DNA of 64,000 bases from Eledone cirrhosa (GCA_964016885.1 OZ024755.1:26784001-26848000); one strand, 5' to 3'; positions 1 through 14,041 are shown, counted from the first letter of the stretch. Numbers and translations are program-made. The notes: a model not told the origin generated them from the letters alone.

Positions 1-167
1 TACTACTACTACTACTGCTGCTGCTACTGCTACTGCTGCTACTACTATTACTACTGCTGCTGCTGCTACTACTACTACTGCTACTACTACTACTACTGCT
101 GCTACTACTACTGCCGCTGCTGCTATTACTGCTACTACTACTACTATTACTACTGCTGTCACTACTA

Positions 168-200
<33 letters not shown>

Positions 201-480
201 TTACTACTACTACTAATGTTGCTGCTACTACTGCTGCTGCTGCTGCTACTACTACTGCCGCTGCTGCTATTACTGCTACTACTACTACTATTACTACTGC
301 TGTCACTACTACTACTACTACTACTGCTGCTGCTGCTGTTACTACTACTACTGATGTTGCTGCTACTACTGCTGCTGCTGCTGCTACTACTACTGCTACT
401 ACTGCTGCTGCTGCTACTACTACTACTACTACTGCTGCTGCTACTACTACTATTGCTGTTGCTACTATTGCTGCTGTACT
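1..480. repeat. Compound trinucleotide microsatellite (CTA/CTG)n
   Basis: Continuous tac/tgc triplets; the poly-Leu ORF 216-482 is a by-product. Confidence 0.95.
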
Positions 481-704
481 AATACTAATATTACTTCATC
501 CATTTCTTCTCTTCTCTCTTCTTTTCTCTATTCTTTTCTCTACCTTCTTCTCTTCTCCCCCCCCCCCCTCATTTCCTTCTTCTTCGTCCTCATCTCCTCC
601 CACCTCTCCTCTCATTTACTGCTACTTCCGAAAATCAAAGAGACAACATATTTGATTTTCGTAATTCTCATTTTAGAGAACAGACGCTTCGATAATTATA
701 TAAT

Positions 705-910
705 GTTGCTAAAGAATCCAATGGAATGGTGGCAACCTAATCGAACTAAAATCAATTTTAATCGATTTTGTGAACAAACAACAAAAGCAGTTAGCAGAGT
801 TGAAGCTAAAAAAACATTTGTTGTCGGCTGACTGGTTTTCAATGTGATAATACGAAATACATCGCTGCCCTTCTGTTGAATAGAAAACAATGACGAAAGA
901 CATTTTTGCT
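705..910 (+). mobile_element. Possible decayed hAT transposase C-terminal dimerisation-domain fragment
   Basis: Translates as NPMEWWQ...SRVEAKKTF, resembling the hAT pattern P(L)xWW...SxxxERxFS; stop codons present. Confidence 0.3.
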
Positions 911-923
911 CTAACACAAGGCC

Positions 924-1113
924 TGGCAGTATCGGTAGAGAGTCGGACGCCATGCTTTCCAGCATAGTTACGTCCCTTTACGATCTGAGTTCAAATCCCG
1001 CCGAGGTTGACTTTGCCTTTCATCTTTACGGGGTCGATAAAATAAAGTACCAGTAATGCACTGGGTAATTGCTGGCCTTGTGCCAAAAGTAGAAACAATT
1101 ATTCATTAGAAAA
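924..1113 (+). mobile_element. tRNA-derived SINE with Meta/MESC-like core (main family of this window)
   Basis: A box TGGCAGTATCGG, B box GAGTTCAAATCC, core GCCTTTCATC-TTTACGGGGTCGATAAAATAAAGTACCAG; more than 15 copies in the window. Confidence 0.85.
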
Positions 1114-1318
1114 GGTCGGAGGATTGGCAGTATTGGTAGAGGGTCGGACGCCATGCTTTGCAGCATAAAGTTACGCCTCTTTATGGTCTGAGTTCAAATC
1201 CCGCCGAGGTTAACTTTGCTTTTCATCCTTACGGGGGTCGATAAAATAAAGTACCAGTAATGCACTGTGATAATTGCTGGCCTTGTGCCAAATGTAGAAC
1301 CAATTATTCATTAGAAAA
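1114..1318 (+). mobile_element. Second SINE copy inserted into the tail of the first
   Basis: Same A/B boxes and core; direct repeat CAATTATTCATTAGAAAA at 1096-1113 and 1301-1318. Confidence 0.85.
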
Positions 1319-1371
1319 TGTTAAAGACAGTCAATAGTGGTTTCTGGTATATGGCCTCCGACCTTTTATTG

Positions 1372-1457
<86 letters not shown>

Positions 1458-1499
1458 TATAAAAATTGACAAATAGACTGAAAAACGTTCATGCCTTTC

Positions 1500-1725
1500 T
1501 TGATGGTCCTGAGTTCTTGGCTTCTTAGCGACATCCTTGCTCGTTGTTATCGGAGCGGAGTGGAATTGGTTACCCGCAGGAGCGAACCCCGCTAGACGGA
1601 GTGGCTGTTCCAGCGCGTCTCCCTCGCCGACCTCCGGGGCAATATCTTCCCCCTCCTGTCTGGCGGGACCACGAAGCGAACGACATATTAGGGTAAGTGT
1701 AGGGTGGCATACTTTAGACGAAAAG
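1500..1725 (-). mobile_element. GC-rich fragment, probably the 5' region of an APE-type (RTE-like) LINE
   Basis: TTCCAGCGCGTCTCCCT.GCCG.CCTCCGGGG is shared with 34750-34790, which sits upstream of an APE-domain remnant; related piece at 23655-23695. Confidence 0.45.
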
Positions 1726-2011
1726 ATTAATAATGCTGACACACTCACTCACACACACACACTCTCACACACACACTCACACACACACACACACACACAC
1801 TTCTTATTGGTACATAATAAAATTACTATAACTGGTGTTCGTAACCGGAGTGGGAATACAGCTCGTCGGAGAAGACATATATTTACTCCATGAGGTGTCA
1901 CGTAAAGCTTGTTACAAAGAAGTTATAATTACAACAAAGTTTCCTACTAATGTATATATGTATAGACCTAAATCTTCTGATATAGCCGTGGGGCGCCGTC
2001 GTGTCTTGGGC

Positions 2012-2415
2012 GCTTTCAAATAAACCTCATTTTGGTCATTCTATGAGAGTATCATGGCCAGCCTACGAACCTTTCAAATAAACCTCATTTGGTCATTCAA
2101 TGAGAGTATCATAGCCAGCCTACGAACCTTTCAAATAAACCTCATTTGGTCATTCAATGAGAGTATCATGGCCAGCCTACGAACCTTTCAAATAAATCTC
2201 ATTTGGTCATTCGATGAGAGTATCATGGCCAGCCTACGAACCTTTCAAATAAACCTCATTTGGTCAGTCAATGAGAGTATCATAGCCAGCCTACGAACCT
2301 TTCAAATAAATCTCATTTGGTCATTCTATGAGAGTATCATGACCAGCGTACGAACCTTTCAAATAAACCTCATTTGGTCATTCTATGAGTATCATGGTTA
2401 GCCTTGGAACCTTTC
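2012..2415. repeat. 57-bp minisatellite, about 7 copies, derived from a mariner subterminal region
   Basis: Unit CCTTTCAAATAAACCTCATTTGGTCATTCAATGAGAGTATCATGGCCAGCCTACGAA, followed by a mariner-like TIR at 2418-2446. Confidence 0.9.
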
Positions 2416-3184
2416 AACCTATGAACTTTTCAGTCGACCCTTGTACGTGCATAAGCCGCCAAATAGAAGAAAGTTTTCCAGTGAAGAGAGAAACAGCTTG
2501 TGTTTGTTCAAAATAGATAACAGTATTCATTAATTTAGACAACTTCTTGCTTTCATTTCTTCCCATTTCACCTTGGTTATACTATTGGGGGATATTAAAG
2601 AGAAGTAATCCTATTTTTGATTGCAGCTTCGATGCAGTATGTTGAATACATAGTATTAATGAATAACAAATAGATATGAGCTGTACACTCGCCTGAACTG
2701 CTTTGATTTATTGCCTTCCACTGCCTCAATATTTGAAGTTAAACCAATGCAATTTGTAAAAGTCTAGCCTAGCCACTCTTTAATTTCTTTATCAATCAAA
2801 TTCAATACGTTTTCTTTGGTTGCCTGTTTCATGGGAATTAAATCTGGAAATCCAGGAGAAATTTTATTTTATTTATCATTTAAAACCCAAACAAAAATAC
2901 ACAAATGTTTGTGAGTTGAATGGAAATGTCTGGACATTCATAAAAAATGTCACCATATATTTTTTTAAATCTTGTATGTGATTAGTTTTAGTGGAAGAAA
3001 AATTGCGTTTTATTTTTGTTTGTTTTTTGCTGTTTTGGGGTTTTTTTTTATTTATTAAATAACAGTATTTAGTAGTACCGTACTTTATATGCTCAACTGT
3101 CCTCATTTTCTGTGTGTTCTTACTGTTTCACTCAGTTGCTTAACTATATGTATTTTATAATTGTCACATGGCCAACAAATATCT

Positions 3185-3327
3185 CAGTGTATTACTGGTA
3201 CTTTATTTTATCGACCCTGCAAAGATGAAGGCTAAGTTAACCTCGGCGGGATTTGAACTCAAACCGTAAAGGGCCGCAAGTCTATGTTGCAAAGCATGGC
3301 GTCCGAGCCTCTACCGATACTGCCAAT
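3185..3327 (-). mobile_element. Meta/MESC-like tRNA SINE
   Basis: Reverse complement of A box, B box and core. Confidence 0.85.
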
Positions 3328-3672
3328 ATGTATTGTATAATGGCAGCTGATAAACTGCTGTTTACAGTTTTGAAGCTTTGACTTTATTTTCAAAGAGCGT
3401 ATCACATTGAGTAGTATGGCGTCACAAACCTCATTTTCTTCACTAAATCTCTATCAATTCTTTATCAATTCCCAAATTAATTAAAACTCATAGACAGTTA
3501 GACAGTGTATCCATTAAAAGAAGCTCATAATATATATAACTGAACTGTATCCATTTAAATCCTTCTATTTTCTCCGGATTACTTTTGAAACTACAACTGG
3601 AACCGTCGAGCAAACTCTACGTGAGCTGTCCATCTACTGTGTGTAATATTCATATTACAACACTACGGAAAA

Positions 3673-3725
<53 letters not shown>

Positions 3726-4062
3726 AACATAAAAACAGTCTTGGCGCAAAATCAATTTTTTACATTCACATGACCTCTACCGACCAATCAAAATTGTTTT
3801 GACCACAAGAATTTTTGCAAATTGGAGCCACTTTTTTAACATAAAAACAGGTAGAATTCCCAAAACTAATCAGATCAGAGCAAACAGCACGGACACTCTA
3901 TCTCAAAATTATTTTTGAAAAGCATTTAGAAATGCGCAACCGGTAAAAACTTAAAAACTTAAAACCACAACTTAAAACCCATACAATCACTAATACTCTT
4001 TTATTCCTAATTAAACCATTTTTCAACTGTGAACAATTTGTCAGCATTTTCTATTCCGTTTA

Positions 4063-4105
<43 letters not shown>

Positions 4106-4971
4106 ATTGTAATTACCACAACAGAGGTCCGACGAGCTTTTGATTCCAGAGTCGGGCTAGATCGATGCAGATCGAACCTTGAACTGATCAATAGCGAAAC
4201 GCGCGCCTCTACTCAACGTAATGAAGACATAACAAATCGTCCTTTTTATTATATATATATATGAAAAAGATATCTAGTTTGAGAAGTATATATATATATT
4301 ATGAAAGTATATTAAAATAAAATTTATTTCAATCCTATTATGCCATAAATCAACTTAAATATGCTTTATATAAACTAAAATCTGTATTTTGCAGAGCTTT
4401 ATTTATTCAAAATTTGATTTAGGTACAATACTTAAGTAAATTACTATTAAGATTGAGAATAGAGCAAGCAAATATATATATATATTTAAGGAAAATATAT
4501 ACTTTTACCTGCACAATTGTCCAGTCGGCGGTTTCATCATGATTACTAATATTAGCTAATTAACTTAATTAATTAGTCAATCAAGAATTTTAATAATACG
4601 GACTTAATTAGATTATAGAGTGAGTGAGGAACCGACCCAAGCTACGTGCATTCTATTCGATAAGCTTCGTGAAATAAGCAACGTGAAATAACGTCTCTTG
4701 CTCAAGAACATAACGCATCGCACACACACACACACGTGTGTGTGTGTGTATAAATTATATTTAGGAAACGCAAATAAGTTAAAGAAATATTTACCTATTT
4801 ACTTAGAGCGACCCTACTGCGGTTTCATTGAGCAATTCTCAGCATTTAGTGGTGTAAAAATGTCAAATCGTCGGGGAACATTTCCACATGTTCTCCGCTC
4901 CAATTTCGAACGGGAGAATTCTTTAATTCTTTGTCGTATTTCTATTTCCCAAATATATATATTTTTTTCCT

Positions 4972-5420
4972 AGGGCGGGTAAAATTCCCGAGATCCATGG
5001 ACGAGTTCTCTCCAGCGGTCGCTGTCCCTCATTATCTCTGCCATGTCCTGCGTCTCCAACAGACCAGTGTCTGTCCTTAGGGCATCAACCTTGTTCTTCC
5101 TCTTCCAGTGTGTCCATGTAGGGGCTCCGACAAGAGCACTGAGTGCAATGTAAACTCTGGATGCTGGTGAGCATGTCCAGCTAACCTCAGTCTCCTCTGT
5201 GTCACTTTTGAGCTGACTTTTGAGAGGCTCCCATACAGCTCTGAGTTTTTCATCCTCAGTGTATACTGATTAATGTTCAGAGCCATCCTCAGCATTCTCG
5301 TGTAGCACCCATCCACCACCTGAGTGAGTCTCTTGGTCAGTGTCCAAGTCTCTGTCCCGTACAGCAGCACAGACACCACTACAGCAATGAAGGCGCGGAT
5401 TTTCAGGTCTTTACGAATCT
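4972..5420 (-). mobile_element. RTE-like LINE 3' fragment (post-RT C-terminus)
   Basis: VSVLLYGTETWTLTK...DGCYTRMLRMALN...RRLRLAGH...GRGR; the same 3' end (MQDMA..MRDxDRWRELVHGSREFYPP*) recurs at 13367-13465. Confidence 0.8.
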
Positions 5421-5551
5421 ATATGTACACCGATCTATCTATATATATATATAGAGAGAGAGAGGAGGGCGATAGATAGATAAATAGATAGATACGGAAT
5501 GGGACTAATTTTCGAAAGAACGTCAGATGTAAGAGAAAGTTCTGTGAATGT

Positions 5552-5583
<32 letters not shown>

Positions 5584-5829
5584 TTGTGTGTCGATTCACT
5601 ACAGGACACCTATTATCTTTTATTCGTGACCCGTTTCAAAGGATTCCACAAGATTAGAAAATGTGTTAACGTAAATTAACCAGCATGACTTGATATTCTT
5701 CTATAGTTTATGTGAAGGGCAACTTTCTGGATGCTTTCAGCGTGTGGCTTCACATCAAAAACTTAACGACTTACCGCGGACATATACTTTTGAATTTCAT
5801 TGTCTGTGACATGACGTACTTTACATATA

Positions 5830-6995
<1,166 letters not shown>

Positions 6996-7699
6996 GCCCT
7001 TTACCTTATTTCTTGCTTTTTCTTTCGTACTCCTCTCCTCCTCTCTGTTTTTATCACTCTCCTTCTCTCTATCCCTCTCTCTCTCATTTTCTCTTTCTCT
7101 CTATCTTTCTCCCTCTCTCTCAAATCAAGTCTAAAATTGTATACTTCAAATATTGCATTAATTGATAGAAGCACCGTAATAACAATGAAAGAATGAGAAC
7201 GTATCTGCTGAATTTTGATGTATTTCCATTGAATAGATAGCAATTCGGTGAAGACCGCATTGGATCGCTTAAATGATTCTGGATAATTAATGACTGTTTG
7301 AAGTCAACTTAAATGCAACATAACAACTTTTATACAGATAATCATTGGAAGCTATTCAAGTGAACATTCCTCTTATATTGAGGTGTACAAGATTGGTATA
7401 TCTTGCTTATATCTTGCTTATATCTTGCATATATCTTGTATATAACATGTAGATAGGAAATAAATATATATTAGAAATGTGAGGGGCGGTTCTGGAATAA
7501 TCAGTAGGCTGCCATAAGTGTGACTGTCAACTTCTATGAAGAAGAAATTCTTACGCCTAGCAATGCAATATTAAAAGAAACTCGTCAATACCAAGATTCT
7601 TCAATAGAACTAATGCGTTATGTCTTAGTTTAGCTCAATCTCCAATGTACGAGAATTTCAGTTGTGTAAGACTCTAATGCTATGGTATAGTATGGTATG

Positions 7700-8015
7700 A
7701 TAAGGGCCCGTAACTCCCAAAGGAGTCTTAGAGTCACCCTATTGACATACAGCATTTCTCGGACATTTTTTTTTTTAACCTGGCGGAGCCCATCTCCTCT
7801 CCAGGTCTGAATACAGCAGATTTCTTCCAGAGAAGGATGGACAGAGTGAAAGAAATATAGAGGAAGAATCGACCCTAGTACTTGACTGATACTTTTTTTA
7901 TCGACCATATATGGATGAAATGCAAAGTTAACCTCGGCGGGATTTGAAGGGAGCCGAAATGAATACTTCAAAGCATCCTATCCGACCTTCTAACCACTTC
8001 TGCCAATTCGCCGCT
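7700..8015 (-). mobile_element. Meta/MESC-like SINE, subfamily with extended 3' region
   Basis: Core plus extension AACCTGGC.GAGCCCATC.CCTCTCCAGG..TGAATACAGC shared with 12720-13040 and 17400-17675. Confidence 0.75.
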
Positions 8016-8433
8016 TATGACTCTGATACAGATGTTATTTATGTATTCATTTCTGATTTCTATTGATTTCTATTTTTGACAGAAGGTGTGCAAATTTGGG
8101 GCGAAGGGCAAAGATAATTAAATCGTTTCCAATACTTTGTTATATTAACCCCGGAAGGATGAAAGGGAAAGTTGACGACGGCGAGATTTGAACTCAGAAT
8201 GTAAAAAAAAACGCAATGGCATTTTATACGACGCTGAATAAAGATGACTACTTTAGCTGACATTTTAAATAATGAGTTGGTATATTTTATTGAATCAGTC
8301 CTAGGGTTGGTACCCCATATGGGAGGAAGATCAGTGGGAAGTAATCTGTGGCTAGTAGGACCTAGTGTTCAAGTGGGTCAGGGAGTGAGGGTGTATGGTG
8401 AGACGGAGAGTCAGAGAGTAGGTATATATATAT

Positions 8434-8511
<78 letters not shown>

Positions 8512-8514
<3 letters not shown>

Positions 8515-9101
8515 TATGTTTCTTTATTAGCCACAGGGCCACAAAAGAAGGGGACAAATACAAAGGGAGAAGTTTACATACAATAAAAACGTGTAAAATA
8601 CTATCACAAATGCAATTTAAAAAATTAATCAATTTTCCCCAATAGGGGGAGACATTTCATATGGGTAACACATACCCCTGAAAAAATGTGCAACCCTCAT
8701 CTCCAGGAGTACGAAGAGTTTGTACCCCTTTCCTCTCTTCCTCTTTTTCCTCAACCTACAGGCTGATATAGAGAGAAGGCCCATTCACTCGGGCCATTCT
8801 CGCCACTTTCACCCACCTTTCATAAAACTTGCTGGGGTACAGTACCTCTCTCTCCATCATGATTCTTCTTCCAAAGTGGTATTTGAAAAAAAGAATCAGT
8901 TGTTGGCCGGAGAGAAAGGTGTCTGACCTCAGCCCTTTTAACCTCGTCCACCATACAACCTCTTTCGCCATAGCTATCACACAAAGGAAAACCGCATCTC
9001 CTTCGTTTCTGAAGGAGGTTGGCAGTTTGATCAGGACAATGGACTCGGTGGTCAACCGGATTGGTCCCACCCACGACAATAGTCGTTCTACATAGCCCCA
9101 A
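8512..9101 (-). mobile_element. Tx1/L1-clade LINE 3' end (ORF2 C-terminus plus 3' UTR) with (TCTG/TATC)n tail
   Basis: WGYVERLLSW...AMAKEVVWWTR...FYERW...* matches the L1/Tx1 ORF2 tail pattern AKxxxWxxR...FxxRW; AATAAA then a GATA/GACA tract at 8435-8512; sister copies at 24404-25325. Confidence 0.7.
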
Positions 9102-9118
9102 TATATATATATATATAG

Positions 9119-9196
<78 letters not shown>

Positions 9197-10071
9197 TCGC
9201 TAGACGACTGGAGGAAGGAAACAGAGGAGTGACAGGTAGAGAAAACATGCGACCAACAATACTATCCTTCATTTATCACCCATTGTTCGCCTCAACTGCA
9301 TATTCCTTCACAGAAATCTTAAAATGTCTACCACAATGATTTATGAAAGAATACTTTGAAAGTTTTTAATTTACAGAATTGAAACGCTATTATGTAGAAC
9401 CAACACCAACATAAATGTCAGTATGAACCAATCAACAACAATATACCAACAGCATCATATAGGTCTGTTCGAACAGGGCCGACCGGAGTTCCATAAAGAC
9501 AACAAAAACAACAGTAACAATATCACCATCAACGACTAAATATCTAGTTTCGTTCATTGAAATATTGGGTGTAATTGTATCCAGAAACGTTGGTGTCAAA
9601 TGTGATGAGGTAATTAGAAATTCTCTTTGGTTGCATGGCAAGATACAGCAAATAATAATAATTTACAATTTAGAAAAAAAGTGATGAGATCCTACATCAT
9701 AAAGAACGAGTATCGGAAACAAAAACAATGAAAAAGGAACATAAATACAGCAATAGACAATATATAGTATTAGTTTAATGCTGAAAGAAAGAAATGATGT
9801 GTTCGGCGTTTCTAACAATAGTTCTTCGATGGAAAAGAAAGACAGAAAAATCCTTTTTAAGAGAGAGAATTATTGTCCAAAATATCGAACACTTCTTACT
9901 TCCTTTTTTCTCTCTTTACAGTGTTAAACTAATATTGTGTAATCCTGGGTTTTTTTGTCTTCTTTTTCGTTTTTTAATGTTTTTTTTTTGTTTTTTTTTT
10001 GTTTTTTTTATTTTTGTTTTTTTGTTTTTACACGCTGAATTTGGGATCCTGTTGACTTCGGATTACACTGG

Positions 10072-10210
10072 ATCCATAACTATGGCCCTTTACGTTCTGA
10101 GTTAAAATTCCACCGAGGTTAACTTTGCCTTACGGAGTCGATAAAATAAAGCACCAGTAATGCACTGGGGTAATTGCTGGCCTCGTGCCAAAAGTAGAAA
10201 CAATTATTAT
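10072..10210 (+). mobile_element. Meta/MESC-like SINE, 5' truncated
   Basis: B box remnant, core and ...GTAGAAACAATTATT tail. Confidence 0.8.
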
Positions 10211-10967
10211 AAAATTTGGTTGTCTTCGCAGATCCCGCCTCAAGACTCGTCAAATAAAGCAGTTACGCTGTATTGACTAGTACCCGACAAACTGGTAGGG
10301 TGGGGTTCGATTTTAATTTCCACTGATATTCAGCAGAGATATTAATTGTTAAGACGAATTGATACCGTTACTTGCAATGATTCTTTAATATTCTGTCATT
10401 TCGAAAGTAAATGCTTTTATCCCCCTGACGCCTTACTGAAGTTAAACGAAGACATGTGTAGGTATTAATAGATTTTACTGGCAGAAATGAAGCACAAGCG
10501 AGTTTTCGGACGCGACATGACTAATAAATAAAGGGGCATTAACTCTGTTGGAAAAAGCATGGCTCTCAAAACCCCTCTTTTATTTTTTTTTTTCTGTAAT
10601 TCTGAGGTTTTGTTGCGATGCAAAATATGATGTGTTTATACGATAACAACAAATTTACGAATGCAGAAGTACCATTAACAAATGCAACTGCTAAATTTCT
10701 TTCAAAACGTTTCCTACTGTCTATAAAATGGTGTAATTTAGTCTTAAATGGAAAGGAAAAATACCAAAATATATACATTACAATAACGGATAGAGTGTCT
10801 TTTATAAAATGAAATTTGACCCTAACTGACATTCCGGAAGTCTTATGCCTGAATATATATATAGAAAGCTGGATCTTTGAATTGTTGTCAAGTATTTAAT
10901 TAGCTTTAGTTGCATCATTGAGGGATGAATGTAAGGAAGTTCTAATAGACGGCAGCTGCTCATTTTA

Positions 10968-11276
10968 CAAAGGTCAGCAAAAATGTTTATAGGCTGACCA
11001 TAAAGGATTGGTGCTAGAGCTGTAAAATCTTGCATGCATTAATTTCATCTCTTCTTATAAATAATTGTCTTGTTTCTTTCCAGGGACTATGTTGAAAAAT
11101 AAATCTCATATAGTCATTCCATGAGAGTATCTTGGTAAGCCTCTGACCCTTTCAGCTGATCCTTGTATAGTAACTGCATTGTTTCTTTCTAGGGGCTGTG
11201 TTGAAAAATAAACCTCATTTGGTCATTCCATGAGAGTATCTTGGTAAGCCTATGAACTTTTCAGCCGACCCTCGTA
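10968..11276 (+). mobile_element. Mariner deletion derivative with duplicated 3' end
   Basis: GGGACTATGTTGAAAAATAA = (G)DYVEK*, the mariner transposase C-terminus, at about 11083 and, degenerate, at about 11192; right TIR AGCCTATGAACTTTTCAGCCGACCCTCG-TA; degenerate left TIR at about 10968-11000. Confidence 0.7.
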
Positions 11277-11809
11277 TTAACATTTTTCCAAGTTGTACGA
11301 GTACGTAATACCAATGATTATGATGATGGTTTTGATAGTCTGATGAAAAGGTTTTATGAAGATATATTTAGTAATCCTCTGAGGATTTGAAATTACGACA
11401 AGGTTTATGATGTCATGCTCCATAATGTACCTGTAGGAAATATATGAACTTTTCAGTCTATGAACATTTCAGCCGACACTCGTAAACGTCAAATCAACGG
11501 AATCAAATGACCCACTGAATCAGAATAGCTGTGTTTTCTATGTAATCTTAGTTTCCATTTTTGCAGACTACTTTACCTTTAATTCAACTATCCAAAACAA
11601 ATACTGAGCGAATTAATCGTTTCTCCAGAGCTTCACAATATTCTAATTGTGTTGAAGTAATTTAGTAATATGTACTATATCACTGGGACGACTCTGAAGT
11701 ATTACAAATATATTTAGTGTTACATAACGATTCAGCTTATTTGAAGATTCTGTGTTTTCCAACGTTGAAATTGTATTTCTGACTAGTTTTTGCTAGAAAG
11801 AATTACAAC

Positions 11810-11990
11810 GTCATCATCCGGCGGCCTCAACCGAAATCAACTCAACAATTGATCTCCACGTGGGTCTGTCGTTCATTGCCGTTGCCAAGTCTTGGATTTT
11901 AATACCAGAATCTCTGGAGATGACATCAGGATAGGAGAGCCTGCACCCCTTGTTATTAGTGACTGCTTGTGGTTTCCAAAACACTAATGG
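11810..11990 (-). mobile_element. RTE-like LINE 3' end
   Basis: LSYPDVISRDSG...AMNDRPTWRSIV...* followed by a TGA-repeat tail. Confidence 0.65.
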
Positions 11991-12072
11991 AAGGTAATGC
12001 AATAACTAAAACGGTGAGTTTAAACTGAGAAGGATGGAACTATAAACTACAAAACATAATCCGATATTGTAT

Positions 12073-12366
12073 CAGAAGTTCTCAAAGTGACGCTACCGCC
12101 CCCGGGGAGTTCGTTGAGATGATATAATAGTATATTAAATATCAAATACATATTATTTATAAATATAGTAAAATAAAAAATATAAAATATTTATTCATAC
12201 GTAGTATATATTATATTATTTATTATATATTAATCAATGGTTTTATTTATTATATATTATTTATAATTTGCGTGTAGGCAGGTCTCTCTGGAAATAGGGG
12301 TGGAGGCGCTGAGGGTATTACGTGGCTGTGAGGGGGGCGGTGGCCTAAAACGTTTGAGAACCTCTG
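12073..12366. mobile_element. hAT (Charlie/MER5-like) MITE
   Basis: TIRs CAGAAGTTCTCAAA / TTTGAGAACCTCTG; no clean 8-bp TSD. Confidence 0.65.
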
Positions 12367-12719
12367 CTATACAACAACTTGTTTCAGTTCCCTATTTTCT
12401 ATGAAGTTCCCCGTACATTGTGGACGCTGCTTCACAATCATTAGGTCCCGGGTTTGGTTCTATTGCTTGACATCTTGAGCAAGTTCCATTTACCATAACC
12501 CCAGATCGACTCATACTTTGTGAGCGAAATTGAGTCGACGGAAATTGTTTGGAAGCTCACCTGTAATTCAAAGAACTAGTCTTATCACATGCTGTGTGAC
12601 GTTGAATCTTCCTGGAAAAGGACTGGTCAGCCATTTCCGCCTTAATTTCATGTGCAGACTGGAACACTCATTATCAAACCCATCGTTATTGGTTTCTAAT
12701 AATCATATATCTCTATTTT

Positions 12720-13040
12720 GTCCCGTAACTCCTGGAGAGGTCATTAGGGTGCCGTATTGTCGTACGGCATTTCTAGGGTATTTGTAAACCTGGCAGAGCC
12801 CATCCCCTCTCCAGGTTTGAATACAGCAGATTTCTTCAAGAGAAGGATAGAAAGGAAGTAAAAATAGATATAGTGGAAGAATCGACTCCAGTACTGGGCT
12901 GGTACTTTTTTTATTGACTTCGAAAGGTTGAAAGGCAAAAGTAAACTCAACGGGATTTGAACTCAGGGAGCAGAGAGCCGAAAGGAATGTCACAAAACTC
13001 TCTATTTGGTGTTTAAACGACTCTGTCAATTCACCGCTAT
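12720..13040 (-). mobile_element. Meta/MESC-like SINE (extended subfamily), left arm of a foldback
   Basis: Core and B box on - strand; mirrored at 13104-13229. Confidence 0.75.
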
Positions 13041-13366
13041 AAGAATGATGTACTTATGTTCATATCCAAGCCTGTGTGGAATATAGAATGAAGCTATTAA
13101 AATACACAGGCTTGGATATGAACATAGGTATATGATTCTTATAGCAGCGAATTGACAGAGTCGTTTAAACGTCGAATAGAGAGTTTTGTGGTATCGGTGT
13201 CGGCTCTCTGCTCCCTGAGTTCAAATCCTGCCGAGGATATGAACATACGAGGTTACTTTTGCCTTTCATCCAAATAAAACACCGTTCCTTTAGTAAATCT
13301 TCTCACTGGTTTCCTTGTAGCCAGCTTCTTTATTTATTTTATACATACATATGTATATATGTGTAC

Positions 13367-13465
13367 ACTGGTCTGTTGGAGATGCAGGATATGGCAGCGA
13401 TAATGAGGGACAGAGACCGCTGGAGAGAACTCGTCCATGGATCTCGGGAATTTTACCCGCCTTAG
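13367..13465 (+). mobile_element. RTE-like LINE extreme 3' end
   Basis: Near-identical to the reverse complement of 4972-5070. Confidence 0.75.
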
Positions 13466-13687
13466 ATAGATAGATATGTGTATATACATACATATATATG
13501 TATGTATGTATATATATTATTAAATTTTCTAAGGTAAGAATCTTTTGTTATCTTAGCAATTTTAATTTTCTTTCTAGTGCATTGTTTGGTTTTCAAAATT
13601 ATTTAAATTTGTGTTTCCTATTCAACAATGTTTCAAGCAAACACTGTTATATATATATATTTATTATTATTATTATTATTATTATAA

Positions 13688-13807
<120 letters not shown>

Positions 13808-13842
13808 GACGTAAAATAAGAAAATTTTAAAAATTAAATAAA

Positions 13843-13892
<50 letters not shown>

Positions 13893-14041
13893 AGAACAGA
13901 AGATGGTTAAAGGAGTTCCATGTATTTTATTATGCGCATTTCAAAAACAAACATCATCATGCAATAATATTTGTGTTTTCATCAGATAAAACAGGAGGAC
14001 ATGATATGAAGGCTAAAAAACACTTGTTATATATATATATA

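Noticed and set aside
924-1010. tRNA genes (A and B boxes)
   Set aside because: These are SINE heads: no cloverleaf, followed by SINE core and tail, many dispersed copies.
2012-2415. CRISPR-like array or 19-aa repeat ORF
   Set aside because: No spacers; the unit derives from a mariner end.
2763-2844. Possible minus-strand terminal exon (LIPMKQATKENVLNLIDKEIKEWLG*) with a nearby AATAAA
   Set aside because: Short, no recognisable homology, and no phase-compatible upstream exon found.
9061-9101. Shared 5' truncation point of the two Tx1-like copies (9073 and 25325)
   Set aside because: The first copy continues in frame (WGYVERLLS) for about 28 nt more, so the endpoints differ.
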